Positions 18,528 to 28,369 of a DNA stretch of 64,000 bases are shown piece by piece; position 1 is the first letter of the stretch; each line of letters opens with the position of its first letter. The position numbers were made by a program, and so were the translations under genes. This stretch comes from an uncultured Hyphomicrobiales bacterium. Its GTDB lineage: Bacteria > Pseudomonadota > Alphaproteobacteria > Rhizobiales > Xanthobacteraceae. Location of the stretch: positions 2,340 through 66,339 of the forward strand of contig CAYVPC010000001.1 in assembly GCA_964453555.1 (NCBI GenBank), written 5' to 3'. Below the pieces are notes generated by a model. The model saw only the letters and a list, made by a program, of their open reading frames with translations. It made no database searches and was not told where the DNA came from.

Positions 18528-18657
18528 CTGACATCACAGCAAGCTGAACGACTTCTCGAAGCGATGAGATTTCGTGCCGAGAAGGAGGAGGCTCTGCGCT
18601 GGGCCGGTCAAACTTTAATCCGCGCGAACGTCGATTTGCGTGGAAGGAGGAAACAAA

Positions 18658-19860
18658 ATGTCCAAGGTTGTGTGCGTGCTCTACGACGATCCGGTCGACG
18701 GGTATCCGAAGTCCTACGTACGGGATGATCTGCCCAAGCTGACGCGTTACCCCGACGGACAGACGCTGCCGACCCCAAAGAGCATCGACTTCGTTCCAGG
18801 TCATCTGCTGGGCAGCGTGTCCGGCGAACTCGGGCTGCGCAAGTTTCTCGAAAGCCAGGGACACAAGCTCGTCGTCACGTCCGACAAGGACGGCGCCGGT
18901 TCGGTATTTGAACGCGAGCTTCCCGATGCGGAAATCGTCATTTCGCAGCCGTTCTGGCCGGCCTATCTGACGGCGGAGCGGATCGTCAAAGCGCCGAAAC
19001 TGAAACTCGCCATCACCGCCGGCATCGGATCGGACCATGTCGATCTGCAGGCCGCTATCGACCGCGGCATTACGGTGGCCGAGGTCACCTACTGCAATTC
19101 GATTAGCGTCGCCGAGCACGTGGTCATGATGATTCTTAGCCTCGTGCGCAATTACATTCCGTCTTACCAGTGGGTGGTGAAGGGCGGATGGAACATCGCC
19201 GACTGCGTCGAGCGATCGTACGACGTCGAGGGGATGCATGTCGGCACGGTTGCCGCCGGGCGCATCGGCCTCGCCGTGCTCCGTCGGCTGAAGCCCTTCG
19301 ACATGCACCTGCATTACACCGACCGGCATCGTTTGCCGGAAAGCGTAGAGAAAGAGCTTGGCCTTACTTTCCATAAGTCGACCGCCGACATGGTGCCTGT
19401 CTGCGACGCGGTCACGATCAACGCCCCGCTGCATCCAGAGACCGAGAATCTCTTCGACGACAAGATGATCGGCCGCATGAAGCGCGGCGCCTATCTGGTG
19501 AACACCGCCCGCGGCAAGATTTGCAATCGCGATGCGGTGGTCCGCGCGCTGGAGAGCGGCCAACTCGCCGGCTATGCCGGCGACGTCTGGTTTCCGCAGC
19601 CGGCGCCGAAGGACCATCCGTGGCGGACCATGCCACATCACGGCATGACGCCGCACATCTCCGGCACCTCGCTCTCCGCCCAGGCGCGCTATGCCGCAGG
19701 CACGCGCGAGATTCTCGAATGCTGGTTCGAGAACCGTCCGATCCGCAACGAATATCTGATCGTCGACAAGGGAAAGCTCGCCGGCACTGGCGCTCATTCC
19801 TACAGTGCCGGCAATACGACCCGCGGCTCGGAAGAAGCGGCGAAGTTCAAGGCCCGCTGA
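18658..19860 (+). CDS. fdh: NAD-dependent formate dehydrogenase (D-2-hydroxyacid dehydrogenase family)
   Basis: MSKVVCVLYDDPVDGYPKSY...GSVSGELGLRKFLE...TAGIGSDHVDL...GTVAAGRIGLAVLRRL...PQPAPKDHPWRTMP...GSEEAAKFK is near-collinear with the Pseudomonas sp. 101 FDH as I remember it. GGAGG lies upstream of the internal ATG. Confidence 0.95.
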   Translation: MSKVVCVLYDDPVDGYPKSYVRDDLPKLTRYPDGQTLPTPKSIDFVPGHLLGSVSGELGLRKFLESQGHKLVVTSDKDGAGSVFERELPDAEIVISQPFWPAYLTAERIVKAPKLKLAITAGIGSDHVDLQAAIDRGITVAEVTYCNSISVAEHVVMMILSLVRNYIPSYQWVVKGGWNIADCVERSYDVEGMHVGTVAAGRIGLAVLRRLKPFDMHLHYTDRHRLPESVEKELGLTFHKSTADMVPVCDAVTINAPLHPETENLFDDKMIGRMKRGAYLVNTARGKICNRDAVVRALESGQLAGYAGDVWFPQPAPKDHPWRTMPHHGMTPHISGTSLSAQARYAAGTREILECWFENRPIRNEYLIVDKGKLAGTGAHSYSAGNTTRGSEEAAKFKAR

Positions 19861-19892
19861 GCCCGCGGTCGCCCGAGGTCGAGCGCATCGCC

Positions 19893-19926
19893 GCCACTCT
19901 TACGGCCTGCTGGATGTAAGAGTGGC
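19893..19926 (+). terminator. Putative terminator hairpin after fdh
   Basis: gccactctta / 14-nt loop / taagagtggc: perfect 10-bp stem 33 nt after the stop. The U-tract is weak. Confidence 0.4.
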
Positions 19927-19971
19927 GCTTCGCTGCGAGCGCACTGGGGCCAACCGACGCTCCACGCAATT

Positions 19972-20250
19972 TTAGAGATACACGCTCTTCATCTGCGCCT
20001 CGGGATAGCGCAAGCCCGCGGCAGCGCCGGCCGGCATGGCAGTCGCGATTTCAGCGAGATCGGCTGCGGTCAAATGGACCGAAACCGCTTCGATATTTTC
20101 CAGGAGTTTTTCTTTTCGTTTGGTGCCGGGAATCGGTACGATGTCCTCGCCCTGCGCGAGCAACCAGGCCGTCACGCACGATTACGCCGGCCTGCACTTT
20201 GACGCCCGCTGACGCGGGCCGGATTTCGATAACGTAATTGTCGGACATAG
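19972..20250 (-). pseudogene. Deletion scar: C-terminal fragment of an aldo/keto reductase fused to an N-terminal fragment of an unrelated small protein
   Basis: The 67-aa ORF ...[41 protein letters not shown]... is only the last ~65 aa of an AKR. Directly upstream, in another frame, lies [27 protein letters not shown]. Confidence 0.6.
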
Positions 20251-20631
20251 CAAGTCTCTCCTGCCGCCGGCCGCAGCCGGCCTTCGTCGTAGATGAACGA
20301 TGCGATTTCGGGAAAGCGATCAGGCGTGAGACAAAAGACACGCGCCGGTCGCCGCCGAGACGCAGCGGCAAGAGAAGCGGTTGTGAAAGCGAAAAAATCG
20401 GACGTCATCGCATAATCTCCATCGTTGCGGAGCCCACGAAGACGCTTCGTGGCGCTTTAGCATTGATGACGCGGTGCAAGCTGCTCCATCAAATCCCGCG
20501 GCCCGATCGACACCGACCCAGCATTTCAAATAGATATTAGTCTATATAACTTATCAACTATAGCGGGGAGCCAAAACGACCGGCTCCGGCCCTTGGCGCC
20601 AGCGCCGACAATGCGGGCGGCTCCCCGGCCT

Positions 20632-21465
20632 TCAGGCATCCTCGACCGGTCCGGCATTGCGGAACAGTTCGCGCAGAATACGTCCTTCGAGCGCTGCGAC
20701 TTCCGGCGAGCCGCGTTCGCGCGGCCGCGGCAGATCAATGCGCTGATCGAGCGCAATCTCGCCGTCCTCGATCATCAGGACGCGGTCGGCGAGCGTGACC
20801 GCCTCGGCTACGTCGTGCGTGACCATGATCGCGGTAAACTTTTGGCCGATCCAGACGCGCTCGATCAGCCGCTGCATCGAGATGCGGGTCAACGCATCGA
20901 GTGACCCGAGTGGTTCGTCGAAGGCAAGGAGTTGCGGACGGCTCACCAGCGCACGCGCGAGCGCCACGCGCTGCTTTTGGCCGCCGGATAGCACCAGTGG
21001 CCAATGATCGCGACGCTCCACCAATCCTACCTCGCGCAATGTGGCGAGCGCCCGCTCCCGCGCATCCGGCGACGAGCGTTCCTTGCCGAGCCCGACCTCG
21101 ACGTTGGCGAGAACCGAGGCCCACGGCAAAAGCCGCGGCTCCTGGAACATGATCCTGACCGCGCCTGTATGCGCCGCCTGCGCAACACCACCGTCCCCAA
21201 AGTGAAACTCCCCATCGCTTGGACGCTCGAGCCCCAGCAGCAGGCGCAGCAGCGTGCTCTTGCCGCAGCCGCTGCGGCCCACGATCGCGACGAACTCGCC
21301 CGAGCGGATGTGCAGATCGATGCCGCGGAGAACCTGATTTTGGCCGAACCATTTCCGCAAATGGCGGATGGTCACCGAAAGACCGCCGCCACGCGCGCCC
21401 ACTTCGCCGGCATCCGGTACGAATTCGACGGCATCGTCGATCCGGCGTATCACCTGGACTGTCAT
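20632..21465 (-). CDS. ssuB: Aliphatic sulfonate ABC transporter ATP-binding protein
   Basis: Motifs [20 protein letters not shown] and LLAFDEP. ATGA overlap with ssuC. Confidence 0.85.
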   Translation of the reverse strand: MTVQVIRRIDDAVEFVPDAGEVGARGGGLSVTIRHLRKWFGQNQVLRGIDLHIRSGEFVAIVGRSGCGKSTLLRLLLGLERPSDGEFHFGDGGVAQAAHTGAVRIMFQEPRLLPWASVLANVEVGLGKERSSPDARERALATLREVGLVERRDHWPLVLSGGQKQRVALARALVSRPQLLAFDEPLGSLDALTRISMQRLIERVWIGQKFTAIMVTHDVAEAVTLADRVLMIEDGEIALDQRIDLPRPRERGSPEVAALEGRILRELFRNAGPVEDA

Positions 21466-22280
21466 GTCTTGACCTCACCGGCCGGCTGAAAGGCCGGGTG
21501 CCATGCGAGGCACCAACGCTCAAGCAGCCGCGCGGTGCTATCGGCGACCTTGCCGAGTAGCGCGTAGATCAGGATGCTCAGAACTACCACATCGACCAGA
21601 AGAAACTCGCGCGCCTGCATCGCCATGTAGCCGATCCCCGATGACGCGGAAATGGTCTCGGCGACGATCAGGGTGAGCCACATGATGCCGAGCGCATAAC
21701 GCAGGCCGACAAAGATCGACGGCAGCGCGCCCGGCAGGATGACGCGCCAGAATAGCGTCGCCGGCGACATGCCGTAGGTCCGGCCCATTTCGACCAGTTG
21801 CGGATCGACCGTGCGGATGCCGTGCTGCGTGTTGATGTAGATCGGGAAGAAAACGCCCAGCGCCACCAGGAAGACTTTCGCCCCCTCATCGATGCCGAAC
21901 CAAAGGATCACCAGCGGGATCAGCGCCAGATGCGGAATGTTTCGGATCATCTGCAGCGTGCTATCGAAAATCAGGTCGGAGCGGCGCGACAATCCGTTGG
22001 CGAGCCCCAACGCAAAACCAATTCCGCCGCCGATCGCAAATCCGACGATCGCGCGCCAGAAGCTTACCCACATATTTCGCGGCAGCGCACCGCTCATCGT
22101 CAGCTTCCATCCGGCGGCGACCACCGCGGTCGGCGCCGGTAGAATACGAAGCGGGATCACGCCTGCAAGCGATAGCGCCTCCCAGGCGGCAATGATGCCG
22201 ACTGGCAGCGCCCATTGCGCCAACGTCCTCGATCGCGCGGACATGGCCAAGACGAAATTCGTCCGCATGTCGATCATCAC
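21462..22280 (-). CDS. ssuC: Aliphatic sulfonate ABC transporter permease
   Basis: Polytopic BPD-type permease. Overlaps the ssuD stop. Start is GTG 22280 or ATG 22277. Confidence 0.85.
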   Translation of the reverse strand: MMIDMRTNFVLAMSARSRTLAQWALPVGIIAAWEALSLAGVIPLRILPAPTAVVAAGWKLTMSGALPRNMWVSFWRAIVGFAIGGGIGFALGLANGLSRRSDLIFDSTLQMIRNIPHLALIPLVILWFGIDEGAKVFLVALGVFFPIYINTQHGIRTVDPQLVEMGRTYGMSPATLFWRVILPGALPSIFVGLRYALGIMWLTLIVAETISASSGIGYMAMQAREFLLVDVVVLSILIYALLGKVADSTARLLERWCLAWHPAFQPAGEVKT

Positions 22281-23455
22281 GATTGGGCGGTTTGGCGGGG
22301 CACCGGAAGCTGCTCGTTGGCGATGACCTCGCCGAACGGCCCGGTATTAACGCTTGCCGCAACGGCGTTGCCGTCGCGCGCCGGCAATGGCAGCAACGGA
22401 AACACCAGCTCGGCAAACCGGTACGCTTCCTCAAGATGCGGATAGCCGGACATGATGAACGTATCGATGCCAAGCGCCATATACTCCTTCATGCGCGCGG
22501 CCACGGTTTGCGGATCGCCGACCAGCGCGGTCCCGGCACCGCCGCGTACCAAGCCGACACCGGCCCAAAGATTAGGGCTTATCTCGAGCTTGTCGCGGCG
22601 GCCGCCGTGGAGCTGCACCATGCGCCTTTGACCGACCGAATCCATGCGCGCAAAGATCGACTGCGCGCGCGCGATGGTCTCGTCGGTGACGTGGCTGATG
22701 AGATCGTCGGCGGCCTGCCAGGCTTGCGCATTTGTCTCGCGCACAATCACGTGCAGGCGGATGCCGAAACTCACCTGTCGTCCGAGTTTTGCCGCGAGTG
22801 CCGCCACCGGCGCGGTCTTCTCGGCGACCTGCGCCGGCGGCTCGCCCCAGGTCAAATATTTGTCGATTGTCGCGGCGGCAACGTCGATTGCGGCTGCGGA
22901 CGAACCGCCGAAATAAAGCGGTGGCCGCGGCTTCTGAACCGGCGGAAAGAACAGCCGTCCGTCTTCGATGCGGATATGCTTGCCCTGGAAATTCACCGTT
23001 TCGCCCGCCAGCAGCGCGGTGTAAACAGCGAGAAATTCGTGCGTAACCTCGTAACGTTCGTCATGCGACAGAAAGATGCCATCGCTCCCATTTTCCGTGG
23101 GATCGCCGCCGGTAACGATATTGATCAGGAGCCGCCCCTGCGAAACGCGGTCCAGCGTCGCCGTCATGCGCGCCGCGACGGTCGGCGATTGTAATCCAGG
23201 CCGCACCGCGACGAGATACCTCAACCGCTCCGTCGCGGGCACCAGCGCCGAGGCGATCACCCAGGAATCTTCGCAGCTTCGTCCCGTCGGCAGCAGCACG
23301 CCGAAATAGCCGAGCCCGTCGGCCGCCTGCGCGACCTGGCGCAAGTAACGAAGATCGACCGCACGGGCACCGATCGCGGTGCCGAGATAGCGTCCGTCGC
23401 CGTGCGTCGGTAAAAACCAGAGGACGTTGGCGTGGCCGGGCGCGGCGATGGTCAT
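22277..23455 (-). CDS. ssuD: FMNH2-dependent alkanesulfonate monooxygenase
   Basis: [16 protein letters not shown]...[12 protein letters not shown]...[13 protein letters not shown]...SGYPHLEE is typical SsuD (luciferase-like). ATGA overlap with ssuA. Confidence 0.9.
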   Translation of the reverse strand: MTIAAPGHANVLWFLPTHGDGRYLGTAIGARAVDLRYLRQVAQAADGLGYFGVLLPTGRSCEDSWVIASALVPATERLRYLVAVRPGLQSPTVAARMTATLDRVSQGRLLINIVTGGDPTENGSDGIFLSHDERYEVTHEFLAVYTALLAGETVNFQGKHIRIEDGRLFFPPVQKPRPPLYFGGSSAAAIDVAAATIDKYLTWGEPPAQVAEKTAPVAALAAKLGRQVSFGIRLHVIVRETNAQAWQAADDLISHVTDETIARAQSIFARMDSVGQRRMVQLHGGRRDKLEISPNLWAGVGLVRGGAGTALVGDPQTVAARMKEYMALGIDTFIMSGYPHLEEAYRFAELVFPLLPLPARDGNAVAASVNTGPFGEVIANEQLPVPRQTAQS

Positions 23456-24402
23456 GAGGTCGGCTTCCTCACCGCGTCGGAGACGACGATTTGCTTGGGA
23501 ACCAGTCCCAGCGCGTAAAACGTGTCGGCAATGCGCTGCTGGTCGGCGATGGCTTCGTCATCCATCGGATGTGCGCCGTAGGCCAGGCGTTTCAGGGCGG
23601 TTTCCAGAACAGACGCCGGAATGCCGATCTGGACGCTGAGTTCAATCGCCACCTCCGTTTCCCTGCCGACGATCCTCCGATCGACCTCGGCAATCGCCGC
23701 GACGATCGCGTCGACGGCGGCTGGATTGGTTTCGGCGAACTTTTGGCTGGCAAAATAATATTGGCGGTTCGGCGCCAATCCGACAGCATCGGTCAATGTC
23801 ACCGCACCGGTTGCCGCCTGCGCGGCGGCCAGGAACGGATCCCAAATGACCCAGGCATCGACGGCGCCGCGTTCGAACGCCGCGCGGGCGTCGGCGGGCG
23901 CAAGGTAGATCGGCTCGATTTCTGAATACTTCAGGCCGGCATGCTCTAGTGCGCGCACCAACAGAAAATGAACGTTGGACCCTTTGTTGAACGCAACCTT
24001 CCTACCTTTGAGATCGGCCAACGTCTTGATCGGTGTATCGCGCGGCACGAGTATAGCTTCACCTCTCGGCGCCGGCGGCTCGTGGGCGACATAGACAAAC
24101 GGAACGCCGGCAGCCTGGGCGAAAATCGGTGGCGTTTCGCCAGCCTGCCCAAAATCCACGCCGCCGGCGTTGAGTGCCTCAAGCAGCGGCGGGCCCGACG
24201 GAAACTCCTTCCACTCCACACTGAAGCCGAGGGCGGAGAGACTGCTTTCAAGCCGATGCCTGCCCTTGAGAAGGATGAGATTGCCGTATTTCTGGAATCC
24301 GATCGTGACGACCCGATCCGGCGCCGATCTGGCGCCGGACAGGAAGCCGCCGGCAAATCCAAGAGCGAGCAGGATGCCGGCAATCGTGCGGATAAGTTTC
24401 AC
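23452..24402 (-). CDS. ssuA: Sulfonate ABC transporter substrate-binding protein
   Basis: Start trimmed to GTG ([19 protein letters not shown]..., a signal peptide). The longer track ORF would overlap the porin gene. NMT1/SsuA-like pattern. Confidence 0.75.
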   Translation of the reverse strand: MKLIRTIAGILLALGFAGGFLSGARSAPDRVVTIGFQKYGNLILLKGRHRLESSLSALGFSVEWKEFPSGPPLLEALNAGGVDFGQAGETPPIFAQAAGVPFVYVAHEPPAPRGEAILVPRDTPIKTLADLKGRKVAFNKGSNVHFLLVRALEHAGLKYSEIEPIYLAPADARAAFERGAVDAWVIWDPFLAAAQAATGAVTLTDAVGLAPNRQYYFASQKFAETNPAAVDAIVAAIAEVDRRIVGRETEVAIELSVQIGIPASVLETALKRLAYGAHPMDDEAIADQQRIADTFYALGLVPKQIVVSDAVRKPTS

Positions 24403-24425
24403 TCGCCGCCGCCATAAGTCGTCGG

Positions 24426-26102
24426 TTAGAACCGGAAGCGCACGCCGGTTGTCGTCGCAAGATTGGTGCGGGCAATATCGCCATTGGCGATGCCGCCAAA
24501 CGCTGCCGAGTACATGGTGCCGATGTACCAGTCCCACTTCGGCAGGAAGTGCCAGTCGAGAAGCAATGAATACGTGTCGTACCACCCGGCGCACCGGGAG
24601 TTGGCAGCCGCCGCCCCGGGACTGCAATTAACCCCGTTCACGTATGTGCTCTGGATGTAGTGATAGTAGCCACCCGCCAACGACAGATCATTGGTGATGC
24701 CGTATTTGACACCCGTCCACATGACCTGGAAAATTTCGTTGGTGCAGCCGGTACCAGATCCGCACGCGGCGTTGAACGCGTTGTTATTGATCGAAGTGCC
24801 GTTTGCGCCCGTCACAGTACCGGCATTGGTCGTATTGGGATTAACGTACAAGAAGCCGTCATCCCGGAATGCAGTCTGCTTATCGCTCGGATTGGAGAAC
24901 TGGATCCATTCATAGCCGGCATACAGCGTAATGAGCGGTGTCGGCGGAGGTGGAGCCGCTCCTTTGACGGCGATGGGCGGAGCTGCTGACGTACTGCCGA
25001 AGGTCCATTTGGCCAGCGCCATGAAGGCCGTCTGGTTGGAGAGCGTCGCCTTGAGGGCGGCATCAGCGGGGAACGTGGCTGGCCAGCCACCGGGGGTGAG
25101 TTGGCCCGGGTACATGAGCGTAACGTTTACCGCGTCTTTCTCCCAGGTGCCGATGACGTCCAATGAGATCACGCCGGGAACCCAATGCTTGATGTCCCCG
25201 CCGATGCCGCCTGAGACCGCGCCGTTATTGGGGTTATACGAGCTGTAGCCGCCAGAACCACCGAATAATCCGACCGGCTGCACCATGGCTGACAGCCGGA
25301 AGTCGCCGATGTTCTCGCGATATTTGAACGCCGTGGTCCAGCGGGCGTCCTCGGTGTCGCCGGCACCAGCGCTCTTGCCGGAATAACCGACCAGCGAAAA
25401 CCCATAGGCGCCGCCCATCGGATCGTAGGCAATGACGCCGTCCGTCTCCAGCACGTTTTGCCGGCCGAAGGTCAGCGTGCCATAAACCGGCTGGCTAAAA
25501 CCGACATAAGTATTCGTGTTCAGCCAGCCCCACCTGCTCGAGTCGGACGGTATAGCTTCCTGGTTCTGCGCCGTGTTGATGCCGACCTGCAAAGACTGGG
25601 GGCCGTTGGCCAGCAGCAGCGAATACGGATCGAACGCAAGCTCGCCGTTGGCGATAAACGACCAGCCGCCCCCAACAGGCTCGATGATCTTGACCCCTAC
25701 GTTCGATTGGCTCAAGGCGTTGGGAGCCTGGACAAACCCGCTTATCCGGCCCGTCCCTCCCGTCCCACCATTGGCAGCGATGTAGCTGACGCCCTGTGGG
25801 TAGTTCCGGTCGAACGGTGTGCCGTTCGTCATGTAGCTGACACCCATATCCACGGTGCCGTAGAAGGTTACCCCGTACCAGCTCAGCGGGCACTTGCTAA
25901 GAAAGAAGTCGTAAGCGCTGCTGCATGTGGCCGTCGCCGGCGCTATGGCGTACACCGGCGCCTTGGTCACCATCGCATCGTCGGCCAAAGCCGGCGCTGC
26001 TCCCAACACGCAGACGGCCAGCACCGCGCCGGCGAGAAATGCAGCATTCCGCCGTTTTGTTGTGCGGACGGGCGCAAAAGAGTCTGTTACGTGCTTCTCC
26101 AT
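24426..26102 (-). CDS. Outer-membrane porin (alphaproteobacterial type), first gene of the ssu transcription unit
   Basis: Internal ATG (MEKHVTD...), signal peptide ...GAAPALADDAMVTKAP, Gly/Tyr-rich beta-strand pattern and C-terminal ...TTGVRFRF. Only 23 nt separate it from ssuA. Confidence 0.8.
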   Translation of the reverse strand: MEKHVTDSFAPVRTTKRRNAAFLAGAVLAVCVLGAAPALADDAMVTKAPVYAIAPATATCSSAYDFFLSKCPLSWYGVTFYGTVDMGVSYMTNGTPFDRNYPQGVSYIAANGGTGGTGRISGFVQAPNALSQSNVGVKIIEPVGGGWSFIANGELAFDPYSLLLANGPQSLQVGINTAQNQEAIPSDSSRWGWLNTNTYVGFSQPVYGTLTFGRQNVLETDGVIAYDPMGGAYGFSLVGYSGKSAGAGDTEDARWTTAFKYRENIGDFRLSAMVQPVGLFGGSGGYSSYNPNNGAVSGGIGGDIKHWVPGVISLDVIGTWEKDAVNVTLMYPGQLTPGGWPATFPADAALKATLSNQTAFMALAKWTFGSTSAAPPIAVKGAAPPPPTPLITLYAGYEWIQFSNPSDKQTAFRDDGFLYVNPNTTNAGTVTGANGTSINNNAFNAACGSGTGCTNEIFQVMWTGVKYGITNDLSLAGGYYHYIQSTYVNGVNCSPGAAAANSRCAGWYDTYSLLLDWHFLPKWDWYIGTMYSAAFGGIANGDIARTNLATTTGVRFRF

Positions 26103-26326
26103 ATAAACCCCCAAGTGCATAGATTTCATAGACCATTGGATGTTTGCTTATCGATATTGTCAACTAACAACAAGAAGAAAGCCCAAGAAAATCGACTCTT
26201 TCGAGCGCAGCGTCAACATCGACTAATGTTTCTTTCACCGGCGGCGCGAAATCACTCGAAATATTCTATGATCGATGTTATTTGTAGCTTATTAGACTTC
26301 ACTTTGGATTCGCCGCGGTCGCCCCA

Positions 26327-26797
26327 ATGCTCACAGCAAAAGGAAAGTACAGCCTCAAGGCGCTCGTCTATCTTGCGACGCTTGCGCCGGAAGCGACCAG
26401 CCCGGCCGTGGACATCGCCGCCGCCAACAACATTTCGAAGAAATTTCTTGATGCGATTCTCGGAGAGCTGCGCAACGCCGGCGTTGTCCATAGCCGGAAG
26501 GGGCCTGGCGGCGGCTACAGGCTCGCGCGTGCGCCGAGCGAGATCAAGATCGGCTATGTGATCCGCATGATCGATGGTCCACTAGCGCCGATCGCCTGCG
26601 CCAGTCGCACCGCCTATCAGCCATGCCGCGACTGCAAGGACGTGAAGGTGTGCACTGTGCGTCTCACAATGACCAAGGTTCGCGATGCAATGTCCGAAGT
26701 GCTCGATCGCGTGACCCTTGCCGATATGGTCGCGCTCGGTAAGCGCGGCAATGTCGCAAAAACCAAGCTCAGACGCAGAGCGAGGTTCCGATCCTGA
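26327..26797 (+). CDS. Rrf2-family transcriptional regulator with a Cys cluster
   Basis: MLTAKGKYSLKALVYLA...ISKKFLDAILGELRNAGVVHSRKGPGGGYRLAR is the Rrf2 wHTH. The Cys cluster CASRTAYQPCRDCKDVKVC could ligate Fe-S. Confidence 0.85.
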   Translation: MLTAKGKYSLKALVYLATLAPEATSPAVDIAAANNISKKFLDAILGELRNAGVVHSRKGPGGGYRLARAPSEIKIGYVIRMIDGPLAPIACASRTAYQPCRDCKDVKVCTVRLTMTKVRDAMSEVLDRVTLADMVALGKRGNVAKTKLRRRARFRS

Positions 26798-28369
26798 CTA
26801 TCGCTTCCCCCACGGTACCCACGACCACACGCGTTCGTGGCAGTAGTAAATCAGGATCTTCGTCAAAACCTCTGTGACCGCGACCGATCCGGCGACTTTC
26901 GGGCTGCCGGTGATGACGAATGCCACGATGAACGTATCGAGGCTGCCGGTCGCGCGCCAACTTACGGCTTTCGCCAGCGAGCGGCCGTGCGTTTCGGTCC
27001 AACGCGCGAGTTTGGCTTTTCCCCCGGCCGCAGATCCCGCGAGCGAGCCGATTGAGCCGCGTGGTGGAGAGACATCGTCAATGCAGCCCATCCCGACGGT
27101 GTCATAACTTTCCGGATCGATGAGGATAAAGCTTCCGGTGTCCCGGCATTCGTCGTAGCGGTCAACGGCAATGGGCCGATCGAGCTTTAGCACGCCGGAA
27201 GCGATTTCGTTCGGTGCAATCGCGTCTGCCCGAACCGGGCGCTGGGTGTTGAGATCAAATATCGATATGCCCGGTTCGATCTTCACGTTCACAGTCACAG
27301 TCGCAAGCTTAAGAAGATACCGGCGTCCGGGACTGAACGGCTCGCTGTTCATCCAGAATATTCGGGCGGAGATACGATCGCTCAGGGTTGGAGCATGCTC
27401 CAATCCAGCAAGGACATCGCCGCGAGAGGCATCAACCTGATCGGCAAAGGTTAGAGTGACTGAGCGCCCCGCTGTCGCGCGTTCTAGATCGCCGTCAAAT
27501 GTAGCGATACGTGCGATGCGGGTGATGCGGCCGGACGGCAACAGTCTAACCTGCATGTTAGTCCAAACTTCGCCGTTCGCGATCAGGCCGCTGTAACCGC
27601 GGAAGTCCGGATTGGGCCGGTTGACCCATTGAATGGGCATTCGGAAAGGTTGTGGGTTCGTTGCAGGACGAGGTTCGGCCTGTTCGAGATATTCGAGCAG
27701 CGTAAACCCTCGATACCAGGGCATTTGCGCCGAACGATCGACGATGTTGTCGCCACTTTTGGCAGCAATCGGTATGGCGGCAATCTCCGTAACGCCCACG
27801 ACCGCCGCAAAGTCGCGAAACTGCGCGGCGACTGAACGAAAGATGCCCTCAGACCATTCGGCCCGATCCATCTTGTTGACGGCCAGGACGATCTTCTGCA
27901 CGCCAAGCATCGACAGGATAACAACGTGACGCTTCGTCTGTGCGGTCAATCCGTCATCCGCGCTAACCAGTACTAAACCCAGGTCAGCGAGCGACGCGCC
28001 CGTAGCCATATTGGCTGTGTATTGTTCGTGGCCGGGCGCATCGATGACAATGAATTTACGCCGCGCTGTTTCAAAAAAGCGATAGGCGACATCTATTGTG
28101 ATTTTTTGTTCACGCTCGGCGGCGAGGCCGTCCAGCAACAAGGCGAAATCAAGAGCGCCGTCCTCGGCGCCGTGTTTGCGTGAATCGGCGGCGAGAGCGT
28201 CGAGCTGATCGTCAAATAGTTGCTTGGACTCATAGAGCAAGCGCCCAATCAAAGTCGATTTGCCATGATCGACCGAGCCGCAAGCTACAAATCGCAAAAG
28301 GCTTTTGCGCCCGTGCTGCGCTAGCAATGAAACAGAGTCGTAGCGGCTGTGCTGCGCATGCACATTCAT
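26798..28369 (-). CDS. cysN: Sulfate adenylyltransferase subunit 1 (GTPase) fused to a C-terminal DUF2061-like membrane-type domain instead of an APS kinase
   Basis: G-motifs GSVDHGKST, DAPGH and NKMD. The C-terminal ~65 aa SLAKAVSWRATGSLDTFIVAFVITG...YYCHERVWSWVPWG align with both repeats in ORF 50707..51573. The ATG overlaps the cysD stop (TGATG). Confidence 0.9.
   Translation of the reverse strand: MNVHAQHSRYDSVSLLAQHGRKSLLRFVACGSVDHGKSTLIGRLLYESKQLFDDQLDALAADSRKHGAEDGALDFALLLDGLAAEREQKITIDVAYRFFETARRKFIVIDAPGHEQYTANMATGASLADLGLVLVSADDGLTAQTKRHVVILSMLGVQKIVLAVNKMDRAEWSEGIFRSVAAQFRDFAAVVGVTEIAAIPIAAKSGDNIVDRSAQMPWYRGFTLLEYLEQAEPRPATNPQPFRMPIQWVNRPNPDFRGYSGLIANGEVWTNMQVRLLPSGRITRIARIATFDGDLERATAGRSVTLTFADQVDASRGDVLAGLEHAPTLSDRISARIFWMNSEPFSPGRRYLLKLATVTVNVKIEPGISIFDLNTQRPVRADAIAPNEIASGVLKLDRPIAVDRYDECRDTGSFILIDPESYDTVGMGCIDDVSPPRGSIGSLAGSAAGGKAKLARWTETHGRSLAKAVSWRATGSLDTFIVAFVITGSPKVAGSVAVTEVLTKILIYYCHERVWSWVPWGKR

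Noticed and set aside
18514-19797. 427-aa minus-strand ORF
   Set aside because: It is antisense to the formate dehydrogenase gene, whose identity is unambiguous. The composition is shadow-ORF-like.
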